64,000 nt of DNA from Nannocystales bacterium (GTDB lineage Bacteria; Myxococcota_A; Polyangia; Nannocystales; Nannocystaceae). The position numbers and the translations under genes are program-made. Numbering within the stretch: position 1 is the stretch's first letter; each line of letters opens with the position of its first letter. Positions 37,680 to 45,682 of the stretch are shown in pieces. The stretch is taken from contig JBOEGF010000008.1 of NCBI GenBank assembly GCA_050633305.1, forward strand, positions 446,474-510,473, written 5' to 3'. Under the pieces are notes generated by a model. The model was not told the DNA's origin. It did no database searches and saw only the letters and a program-made list of their open reading frames with translations.

Positions 37680-38372
37680 TCAGTTGAGCAGCTTAGAGTC
37701 CGGCCCAACGACCTTTAGATGGCGCTTTTTCGCCTTCTTCGACCCACGGAGCTTGCCCGAATCCCGCAACCGACGCCAGGGCTGCGTGACTGCCGCTGCC
37801 GCAACTGCGACCGCGACCGCAAGCGGTACGACGACCGGCCAAGGGCTTCCCCGGAACAGCGGAAGAACCAGCGCGAGGCCCACCAGGAGCGCCGAAAACC
37901 CCTTCACACTCAGCGGTAGCGACGCAAGCAGCCGCAGCTGTCGGTTGGCGAAAACGAACCCGAACGCGGTGATGGCCGCGAGGTCCATAGGCACACTGCC
38001 GCCAACCTCGATCCCTGCTGCGGTCGCACTTAGGGCACCGACAACGACCGAGGCGACGTAGCCCGCAACGCCCGCACCGAGAACCAGCGTGACGTACTTC
38101 TTCGTTCCCCAGAAGGCCTCGAGCTGGCTCCCGATGAACCACTGCGCGAATCCGGTGCTCAACAAGCCGATCAGCTCGTTGTTGGGAAACATGAAGTTGG
38201 CGGTGAGCGGAGACCAGAGTTCGTCGCCCGAGAGCACGGCACTGGGCTGGAGCGCCAGCTGGTTCGCAACCGGCTGATCGCCCAGCATCGCGGAGAGCAC
38301 CGCTGCCGCCAGAAAAATCGCGAACGAGCCCCGGCCAAACTTGGGCAACGAACCAAACGGATTATTGGACAT
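37680..38372 (-). CDS. Rhomboid-fold membrane protein, probably inactive
   Basis: LALQP...ELWSPLTANF, WFIGSQLEAFWG, GGS; no His in the last TM. Confidence 0.65.
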   Translation of the reverse strand: MSNNPFGSLPKFGRGSFAIFLAAAVLSAMLGDQPVANQLALQPSAVLSGDELWSPLTANFMFPNNELIGLLSTGFAQWFIGSQLEAFWGTKKYVTLVLGAGVAGYVASVVVGALSATAAGIEVGGSVPMDLAAITAFGFVFANRQLRLLASLPLSVKGFSALLVGLALVLPLFRGSPWPVVVPLAVAVAVAAAAVTQPWRRLRDSGKLRGSKKAKKRHLKVVGPDSKLLN

Positions 38373-38562
38373 CAGTCGACCTCGGTCGGGCAGAAGACGC
38401 GGTCAGCGTCGGCCAACATCTAGGGCGCGCCACCTGCACAGCTTAGCAGGCCGCACGCCGGTCGGGCACCGCGCGGCGCGATTGGGACGTCGATCGGTGG
38501 GCCAAGGTGGTCCGCGCGGCGCGTTTTTTGGCGGTCTCGCGCCTGATCGGCAGGCTCGCTCC

Positions 38563-38874
38563 ATGGGCATCGAGCGTCGCCGTCATCGCATCTTCGTCAC
38601 GCGCCACACCGAGTACCACCTGCGACGGGACGAGTGCGTCGGGGTACGCGACCGGAAGAGTGGTCGTTGGTACCGCGATCATGCCGCGCTCCGCCTTCAT
38701 ACCGTGACGGTTCCCGTCCAGGGCAACGACGACACGTGGATCGGTGAGCGACTCAAGTTCTTCGGCAACCACACCGACGTCGTGACGAGCCCGGTCGTCA
38801 AAGTCGGGCGACCACCGAAGACATCGCTCGACCACTACGTCAGTCTCGCGACGTCCGGCGCGATCGCCAACTGA
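38563..38874 (+). CDS. Small basic hypothetical protein (103 aa)
   Basis: ERRRHRIFVTRHTEYH...CVGVRDR...VVTSPV; high GC3. Confidence 0.65.
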   Translation: MGIERRRHRIFVTRHTEYHLRRDECVGVRDRKSGRWYRDHAALRLHTVTVPVQGNDDTWIGERLKFFGNHTDVVTSPVVKVGRPPKTSLDHYVSLATSGAIAN

Positions 38875-38877
38875 GCC

Positions 38878-39834
38878 TCAGCCCGCCTTCTTCGCGTCAG
38901 GCTTCGCCTCAGGCTTGTCGCCCTCGGCAGGCTTCTCAGCCTTCTCGCCTTCGGCCTTCGCTGCCTCGCCGCCTTCGGCTTTCGCTGCCTCGCCGCCTTC
39001 GGCCTTCGCTGCCTCGCCGCCCTCGGCTTTCGCTGCCTCGCCGCCTTCGGCTTTCGCTGCTTCGCCGCCCTCGACTTTCGCTGCTTCGCCGCCTGCAGCT
39101 GCGCTTGGGGCGTCATCACCGTCGTAGCAGCACAGGATGCCGCCGTTGCGATCGGAGGTCATCGCCCCGCAGCCCTCGGTCGTTCCGCGGGAGATTCGGG
39201 TCTTGCCCTTCCAGACGGCGTCCTTGCATTTCCCCGACAGGCAATCGTTTCCGCAACACACCGGCTCAGCCCCGATCCCCGCCTGCACGCAAGGCAGGTC
39301 GGTGTTCTTCGTGATGCGCGGGCAGGGGTCGATTTCGTCGGTGGGCGAGTGGCTGATCGCAGCGTTGAACCGTCCAGGGCCCGCGGCGTCGCACTCCTTC
39401 TGGGTGGCGCGCGTCTTGAGGTCCTCGCCTTTGCCGTCAGCACCGCAAACATGCCAGCCCGGCGCACACACGTCCGCGGGCGCACCGCACTCTTCGCCAT
39501 CATCGCCACAGGGCTTGCCGGTCGGCTCCTCACGAAGGGACTTGCTCTCCTTCCACTTGCCCATGCATCCCGCGACGCGGGGGTTCTTCTCGATGTCGGC
39601 GAAGCCCTCCCGCTGACCGTCGGCACACCCGGCGATCTTGGGGTCGACCTTCTCGCTCTCGACGAACTTGAAGTTCTTCACCGAGCCAGGACGGTCGCCG
39701 TCGTAGTAGTCGCCTTGGTACGGCCCGGAGCCACACGTGCACCCGGACTGAACCAGGAGAGCGGTAAGAGAAGCCGTTGCAAGCGCAAGCTGCGGGAATC
39801 GTGCGAACCCGAACATGCGCAGGAGCATAGGCAA
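38878..39834 (-). CDS. Cys-rich lipoprotein with C-terminal GGEAAKAE repeats
   Basis: Lipobox QSGC; GCADGQREGF...CAPGWHVC domain; repeat tail. Confidence 0.7.
   Translation of the reverse strand: MPMLLRMFGFARFPQLALATASLTALLVQSGCTCGSGPYQGDYYDGDRPGSVKNFKFVESEKVDPKIAGCADGQREGFADIEKNPRVAGCMGKWKESKSLREEPTGKPCGDDGEECGAPADVCAPGWHVCGADGKGEDLKTRATQKECDAAGPGRFNAAISHSPTDEIDPCPRITKNTDLPCVQAGIGAEPVCCGNDCLSGKCKDAVWKGKTRISRGTTEGCGAMTSDRNGGILCCYDGDDAPSAAAGGEAAKVEGGEAAKAEGGEAAKAEGGEAAKAEGGEAAKAEGGEAAKAEGEKAEKPAEGDKPEAKPDAKKAG
38950..39093 (-). repeat. Six 24-bp coding tandem repeats (GGEAAKVE, then GGEAAKAE x5)
   Basis: Directly visible in DNA and protein; synonymous variation between copies. Confidence 0.92.
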
Positions 39835-39916
39835 GCTCGTGCGCGGTTCAAACCCCTTTGGGCAGGTTTTTTCCCGGGGTTCTTCTCACGACCCCAAGCG
39901 CGAAGATCTTGCGCGC

Positions 39917-40792
39917 TCAGTCGTCGTCGTCATCGTCATCGTCCATCTCGGCCAGCTCGGCCTCGAGACGGTCGACCCGCTCGCGCTCGTCCTTGCTGAC
40001 GATGAACGCAACGCCCACGCTCGCCCAGAACAACCCGATCATGGGCGCTGCCATGAGCACCTGGGTGACGGGCTCGGGCGGCGTCAGCAGTGCACCGGCG
40101 ATGAAGAAGACCAGCGTCATCACCTTCCAGTGCCGGAGCAAGGTCTTGTGCGTGATCACCCCGGCCTTCGCCAAGAAGTACACACCGAGCGGAAACTCGA
40201 ACATTGCCCCGAAGCCGAGCAGCAGCCTCGTCTCGTATTGAACGTAGCTCTGATAGGTGAAGTTCGGCTTGATCGAGACGGCCGCATCCCCACCCGCGGC
40301 GGTGTCCAGGGAGTACTGCAGGAAGAAGTCCGTCGCGACAGGAACGACGAAGTAGTAGCAGAACACCCCGCCGCCCAAGAACATCACGGCACTGGTCGCC
40401 ACGAACGGCACGACCAAGTTGCGCTCGCTCCGATACAGGCCCGGCGCGATGAACATCCACATTTGGTAGAAGACGATCGGGCCGGCGATGAAGATCGCCG
40501 CGATGACGGCGATCCGAAGATCGGTCAGGAACGTCTCGAGTGCACTGAGAGCCTGGAGCTGGGCCTGCCCCTCGAGGCCCACTGAGACCCACGACTCGTA
40601 GAACGGCACCAACATGATGGTGCGTAGCTCGCCAACGAAGACGTAGCAGCCGATGAAGGCGACCACGATGCCGAACGCGGATCGAACCAACCGCTTCCGC
40701 AGCTCGTTGAGGTGGTCGAAGAACGACATCGGGACGTCGTCTTCGGGCGTCACTGCACCGGAGTCTTCTTCTTCGTCGGTCTTGTCAGCCAC
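39917..40792 (-). CDS. tatC: Twin-arginine translocase subunit TatC
   Basis: MSFFDHLNELRKRL, YQMWMFIAPGLYRSE, FGAMFEFP, ALLTPPEPVTQ. Confidence 0.96.
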   Translation of the reverse strand: MADKTDEEEDSGAVTPEDDVPMSFFDHLNELRKRLVRSAFGIVVAFIGCYVFVGELRTIMLVPFYESWVSVGLEGQAQLQALSALETFLTDLRIAVIAAIFIAGPIVFYQMWMFIAPGLYRSERNLVVPFVATSAVMFLGGGVFCYYFVVPVATDFFLQYSLDTAAGGDAAVSIKPNFTYQSYVQYETRLLLGFGAMFEFPLGVYFLAKAGVITHKTLLRHWKVMTLVFFIAGALLTPPEPVTQVLMAAPMIGLFWASVGVAFIVSKDERERVDRLEAELAEMDDDDDDDD

Positions 40793-40824
40793 GCGGTCGT
40801 TTTCCTGTCCGTGGGTCGGCGGCC

Positions 40825-41499
40825 TCAGGCCGCGCCCTGGTTGTGCGCATCGTCGTCGGCGCCACCGGTGGACGATGGCTTCGCGGCCTCGGCCCCGGAG
40901 GACTCATCGCGAGACGTCGCCGGAGGCTTGGGCACGGACGGGCGTTTGGCCTGGTGCGGCGGCGTTGCGGCCACAGGTCCGTCGGCTTCGGTTTCGGCCG
41001 ACGCCTCTGAGGATGTGGACGACGCGCGACGTTCATGCGGCGGCTGGGCAGAAACAGGCCCGTCGTCATGCTCCTGGCCTTCGCCGCCCTCCTCAGCAGA
41101 GTCTCCGCCCGCTGCAGCGCTGTCGTCGGAGGAACCGGCGGCCGGCTCGGCCTTCTCCGCATCCCGCTCGCGGGTCTGCTTCTCGAGCTTGGCCTGGTTG
41201 GCCTTGAGCAGCTTCTGCTGGGCCTTCCGCATCTCGGCGCGGGCTTTCATCAGCTCGCGCCGGGCGTCGGTTTCGACCTGACGGATCTGACCCTTCGTGC
41301 CCTTGACCAGTTCTTGGATCTCGTCGACCCCGTCGGCCGTCATGATCGTGTCTTTGAACTCGTCCGCAGTGGCCCGCAGCTGGCCCCAGAACTTCGCCAT
41401 GCTGCGAAGCATCTTGGGTAGCTCACGGGGGTTGAACAACATGAGAGCCACCACCGCGACGACGACCATCTCCATAGGGCCGATGCCGAACAAGGACAC
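40825..41499 (-). CDS. tatB: Twin-arginine translocase TatA/TatB-family subunit (TatB-like)
   Basis: FGIGPMEMVVVAVVALMLFNPRELPKMLR, amphipathic helix, long disordered tail; directly upstream of tatC. Confidence 0.85.
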   Translation of the reverse strand: MSLFGIGPMEMVVVAVVALMLFNPRELPKMLRSMAKFWGQLRATADEFKDTIMTADGVDEIQELVKGTKGQIRQVETDARRELMKARAEMRKAQQKLLKANQAKLEKQTRERDAEKAEPAAGSSDDSAAAGGDSAEEGGEGQEHDDGPVSAQPPHERRASSTSSEASAETEADGPVAATPPHQAKRPSVPKPPATSRDESSGAEAAKPSSTGGADDDAHNQGAA

Positions 41500-41667
41500 G
41501 CAGGCACCATAGCAGCGCTCGCACACACGGGCGAGAGCCCAGAGCGTGGGCCGCCTGCCCGATCTGCCAGGAACGCGACGAAAAAACGCGACACCGAACG
41601 TTCGATGTCGCGCTGGTTGCGCCTGGTGCAGGGTGCGAGCCCCACCGAGCGCGGTTCGACTGGGGGC

Positions 41668-43383
41668 TCAGGACATCGCTTCGCGGAGCGCCTGAAGTTG
41701 AGCCCGCTGGGCGTCGGTCGCGTTCTCCAGCTGAGAGAGCCGCTCGATTGCGGTGCGGACCGAATCCATCTGGGTGCGGTGCGCGTCGTGGAGCTGGTTG
41801 ACCATCTCGCTGATCGACTCGATGGCGCGCGTGATCTGGCGGCTGCCGCGGGTCTGTTCCTGCGTCGAGCGCTCGACATGCCGAGTGATCGCCTTCATCT
41901 TCTCCGCCGAGCGCATGATCTGCTCGGCGCCGCGGGCTTGTTCCGCCGTGGCGGTCGCAACCTGCTGCACGGTTGTTGCGACGACGTTGATCGCGTCGGT
42001 GACCTGCTTGGAGCCTTTGGTCTGCTCGACGGTTGCGCGGGCGATCTCCCGGACCATCTGCGTGGCGCGGCGTGCCGCATCGGAGATGCGCTTGAGAGCG
42101 TCCTCCGCTTGGTGACTGACGCGGACACCATCGTCGACGCTCTTGGAGGAGCGCTGCACCACGATCACCGCGTTGCGGCTCTCCCTTTGGACCGACTTGA
42201 TGATCTCAGCGATCTCTTTCGTCGACGTCGCGGAACGCTCGGCGAGGTCCTTGATCTCGTCGGCGACAACCGCAAAGCCCTTGCCGTGTTCGCCGGCCTG
42301 CGCCGCGATAATGGCTGCGTTGAGTGCCAGCAAGTTGGTCTGCTCCGACACATCGTCGATGACGCTGAGGATCTTGCCGATCTCCTCGATGCGTCCACCC
42401 AAGCTCGAGATCACGCTGACGGCGTCGGCCGACGACAGCTTGATCATGTTGATCACCTCGATGGTCTGGTTGATCGCATCGACGCCGCCCTCGGCTGCCC
42501 AGACAACTTCCTCGGAAAGCTGGGCGGTCTCGTTGGCGTTGTTCTCGACCTGCTGAATCGAGATGTCCATCTCGTTCATCGCCGAGGAGGTTTCTTCGGC
42601 GGTGCTGGAGAGCGCTTCGATGTTCTTGGCGACCTCTTTGACCGAGAAGGTCATCTCCTCGATCGAGGTGGCGGTTTGCTGCACCGACGCCGCGAGGTTG
42701 AACATCGACTCGGCGACCTCGTCGTTGGCCGCCGCCATCTCGAGGATGGAGCTGGAACTCTCCTCGGCGTTGGAGGCGAGCAACTCGACGCTCTCCGAGA
42801 TCCCTTTGAGGCCCTGATCGATGTTGTCCATCGCCGAACGGGTCTCGTCCAGGTTGCCCATCGCGTCGCCGAGCTGTCGCTCCAGCCCGTCGATCGCTTC
42901 GGGGGCGATGCCGGTTGCGACCACGGGAGCCGGAGCTTCAATCTCGCCACCCGCAGGCGGGACATCGGCGGCCTGGCTGAGGGCGGCAGTCTTGGCCTTG
43001 AGAGCTTCAGCGCTGCGTTGCGCCTCGGCCTTCGCAGCCGCGGCCGACGCTTCGTGTTCTCGGGCGGACTTCTTTGCCGCTTCGAGTTCGTTGCGCAGAC
43101 GCTCGAGTTCGGCGGAATCACCGGCGGGCTGAGCCTGCAGCGCCTTGAGTTCGGCGTCGCTTTCGCGAAGCTGCTTCTGACCTTGAGAGACAGCGCCGAG
43201 CGCCGCCTGAAGTTCCCCCGCGATCATCCACGACGCCCCGGCCGCGACGAGCGAGGCCACCCCGGCCGCAGTCGCCGCAAGGCCGCCCGCCTCCGTGACG
43301 AGGTAGAAGGACAGCGCGGCCGCAACGAGAGCCGCTGCCGGCGGCAGGAGTGGAGGGATCCGGGGAGTGGGGTTCTCTGCCAC
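41668..43383 (-). CDS. Methyl-accepting chemotaxis protein without a periplasmic sensor
   Basis: [38 protein letters not shown]; two adjacent Ala-rich hydrophobic segments at the N-terminus; start uncertain (GTG 43383 favoured). Confidence 0.92.
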   Translation of the reverse strand: MAENPTPRIPPLLPPAAALVAAALSFYLVTEAGGLAATAAGVASLVAAGASWMIAGELQAALGAVSQGQKQLRESDAELKALQAQPAGDSAELERLRNELEAAKKSAREHEASAAAAKAEAQRSAEALKAKTAALSQAADVPPAGGEIEAPAPVVATGIAPEAIDGLERQLGDAMGNLDETRSAMDNIDQGLKGISESVELLASNAEESSSSILEMAAANDEVAESMFNLAASVQQTATSIEEMTFSVKEVAKNIEALSSTAEETSSAMNEMDISIQQVENNANETAQLSEEVVWAAEGGVDAINQTIEVINMIKLSSADAVSVISSLGGRIEEIGKILSVIDDVSEQTNLLALNAAIIAAQAGEHGKGFAVVADEIKDLAERSATSTKEIAEIIKSVQRESRNAVIVVQRSSKSVDDGVRVSHQAEDALKRISDAARRATQMVREIARATVEQTKGSKQVTDAINVVATTVQQVATATAEQARGAEQIMRSAEKMKAITRHVERSTQEQTRGSRQITRAIESISEMVNQLHDAHRTQMDSVRTAIERLSQLENATDAQRAQLQALREAMS

Positions 43384-43384
43384 G

Positions 43385-43606
43385 TGAGCCCGCAGTGTAG
43401 CGATCGCGGTCGCTTGGATCCAAGGGACTCGCGCGGACGGCAGTCGCCGGACCCGGACCCCCATCCCCGCCGGCCCCCCAGCGGTGTGACCCCGGGGCCG
43501 GAACGCCGGACTCCCACGACGCTGTGCGGGTGTTCACGACACCCGATTCGGGAGCCGAGCCCCCCGAGAAAGACGAACCGCAAGAACGCGGGCGTCAGGG
43601 GACGTG
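43385..43606 (-). ncRNA. Candidate structured RNA (unassigned)
   Basis: 5' arm TGACGCCCGCG..TTGCGGTTCGTCTT..GGGGGGCTCG can pair with 3' arm CGAGTCCCTT..AAGCGACCGCGA..TGCGGGCTCA using G-U pairs on the minus strand; internal hairpins. Confidence 0.4.
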
Positions 43607-43624
43607 TAGTGGCGGTTCGCCTCT

Positions 43625-44584
43625 TTAGAGGAGCGAGAGCTGGGTCGCTTCGCCGTGGACCACGACGTCGGCACCCAGGGTCCGCAGCCAGGAAGCGCCC
43701 GAGGACGTCCAACCCGGGTCTCCCGTGAGAAACACCGCTGGCTTGCCGCAGGCCTGCCAAAACGCATGAAGAGCCGCTCGATCCATGCGTCCCGGGCAGC
43801 ACAGATCGACCGTCTCGATCTGCTCCCCGCCCCGCCGCTTCATCCAGGCCTTGAGATCTGTCTGTACGACTTCGGGCGCATCGACCAGGGCGACGGCCAC
43901 GACTTCGTGGCGCCGGAGCCCCGCGCCATCCAACGCATCGTGCGGCCACAGCAAGACCGCGGCTTCAGGATCGAGCGCCTCGATGTGCGGACTGAAGCGG
44001 GGGTGGGCCGCGATGCGGACCGTTCCCATGCATGCCTGAGCGACCTGCAGAGCACCCACCGCGGTGTCAACCAGCAGCAAGACCTCCCCGCCGAGCTGGG
44101 TCAGCAGCTGAACACCTCGTGCGCTGAACTTCTTCGGCGCCGGCTCGACTGCCCACTCCGGGCTCGCCCGAAGCAGCAACCAGTCGCAGGTGGCTGGAGT
44201 CGCACCGGGTCCGAGCGCCCACGTATAGAGGCAGGACGTCCCGCCCTTGCGGGGCTCCATCAACAGCGACGAGCCTCCCAGCGGCAACCCGGAGGCCAGC
44301 GTCTGCAGCCGAAGCCGTCCCACGCCAAACTCTCGGCCATGGTCGACCAAGATCGCTCGGGCGAGCGAGGTCCGCTGGGCCGGCGAGAGGTTCGCGAGCG
44401 CGAGGCCATAGAGGAGATCGCGATGCCCCATCCAAGGCCCGGGGGCCAACCGCTCCTGCGCCCCGAGGTGGGAGAGGAAACACGTCCGGCCGGACTGGGT
44501 GTCATCGATGCTCAGGCGCGCGCGCGCGAGCATGTGCTGCACCGCTTCGGCTTCCGCAGTCAGGTCCCGCGCCACTGTGATCAC
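43625..44584 (-). CDS. Metallo-beta-lactamase/beta-CASP-like protein lacking metal ligands, C-terminal QLSLL
   Basis: CFLSHLGAQ, LQTLASGLPLGGSSLLME, LYTWAL, CDWLLL, GRMDRAAL..AVFLTG align by eye with SHAHSDH, PAGHxLGS, YTGD, DxLxxE, SDHAD..THG; GTGA overlap with tadA. Confidence 0.55.
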   Translation of the reverse strand: MITVARDLTAEAEAVQHMLARARLSIDDTQSGRTCFLSHLGAQERLAPGPWMGHRDLLYGLALANLSPAQRTSLARAILVDHGREFGVGRLRLQTLASGLPLGGSSLLMEPRKGGTSCLYTWALGPGATPATCDWLLLRASPEWAVEPAPKKFSARGVQLLTQLGGEVLLLVDTAVGALQVAQACMGTVRIAAHPRFSPHIEALDPEAAVLLWPHDALDGAGLRRHEVVAVALVDAPEVVQTDLKAWMKRRGGEQIETVDLCCPGRMDRAALHAFWQACGKPAVFLTGDPGWTSSGASWLRTLGADVVVHGEATQLSLL

Positions 44585-45060
44585 TTTATCGCGCGGGCCT
44601 TGTGCTTGGCGCGCGCTGCTCGAAAAAAGCTACGCAGCTGGTCTGCACACCGCTCCGCGAACACCCCCGAGGTGATGTCCATGCGGTGGTTGAGGCGCGG
44701 GTCGTCGCAAAGCTCATACAGCGACCGAACCGCCCCCGCCTTGGGATCGCTCGCACCGTAGACGAGTCTCGCGACGCGAGCATTGACCAGCGTCCCCGCG
44801 CACATCGGACACGGCTCGAGCGTGACGTAGAGCGTCGCCCCATCGACCCGCCAACGCTTCATCGTTCGGCACGCCTCGCGAAGCGCGATGATCTCCGCGT
44901 GACCCGTAGGGTCCGCATCCACCTCGCGACGGTTGCCCCCCCGGCCGATGATCACCCCGTCGAGGACAACCACGGCACCGACGGGGACGTCACCTGCAGC
45001 GGCCGCCGCCTCGGCGATTCGCAGCGCCTCCTCCATGTAGCGCTCGTCTTCGTCGTCCAC
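44581..45060 (-). CDS. tadA: tRNA-specific adenosine-34 deaminase
   Basis: DVPVGAVVV, HAE, LYVTLEPCPMC, DPKAGA, LNH, LRSFF. Confidence 0.93.
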   Translation of the reverse strand: MDDEDERYMEEALRIAEAAAAAGDVPVGAVVVLDGVIIGRGGNRREVDADPTGHAEIIALREACRTMKRWRVDGATLYVTLEPCPMCAGTLVNARVARLVYGASDPKAGAVRSLYELCDDPRLNHRMDITSGVFAERCADQLRSFFRAARAKHKARAIK

Positions 45061-45109
45061 GGGCGCCACCCTGCCAGTCCACCTCGGACGCGTCGAGTGG
45101 CGGAGGGGG

Positions 45110-45583
45110 TCAGCCTCTTCGCCAACGACGAAGGATGTCCGCGACGTACACGGCACATCCAGCAGCGAACCCCAGAAAGATGAGCGTCCCCTCGGGTCCG
45201 GAGGTGGGCAGCATTAGAGCCAAGGCACTGAGCACGACAAACCCGACGCCAACCCCCGCCACCAAGACTCCGGCGACGACACCGTATATCGGCGAGAACT
45301 GCACGTAGCCGTACTCGGGCGAAACCGGCGCAGCCTCCTGCCGAACCGGCGTGGAACACGGGTACAGAGGATCAACGAACACATGCGAAGGCACTCGGCT
45401 CTCGGACTGGCGCGCACGCCAAGCCACCGGCTCAGTCTCCAGCGCCGCGTCGGAAACCTCGCACTCGTACCTCGGCCACTCGATGGCGGTCTCGGCGAGC
45501 GCACGCTCTCGAGCCGAACCGTAGCGCGGCGCAGAGAGCGGACCCTCGCTCACTCCCCGATACGGACTCTGCAGGCCTGACAC
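45110..45583 (-). CDS. Hypothetical membrane protein (2 C-terminal TM)
   Basis: Hydrophobic C-terminal segments; start uncertain. Confidence 0.45.
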   Translation of the reverse strand: MSGLQSPYRGVSEGPLSAPRYGSARERALAETAIEWPRYECEVSDAALETEPVAWRARQSESRVPSHVFVDPLYPCSTPVRQEAAPVSPEYGYVQFSPIYGVVAGVLVAGVGVGFVVLSALALMLPTSGPEGTLIFLGFAAGCAVYVADILRRWRRG

Positions 45584-45682
45584 CCTTGAGTTTCGACACC
45601 GCGCCGCCGCGGATTGTTCCCCAGGACACAACAAAGCCCCCGTGCCGCATCAAGCGGCCGGAGGCTTCACAGACCGAAGTCC

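Noticed and set aside
38950..39093. 24-bp repeats as a CRISPR array
   Set aside because: No spacers, in-frame coding repeats, no cas genes.
43385..43606. Assignment as 6S RNA, cobalamin or c-di-GMP riboswitch
   Set aside because: Only loose resemblance; diagnostic conserved motifs and usual context not seen, so left unassigned.
44581..45060. Anti-phage or toxin deaminase
   Set aside because: Canonical TadA size and motifs; no defence-island context.
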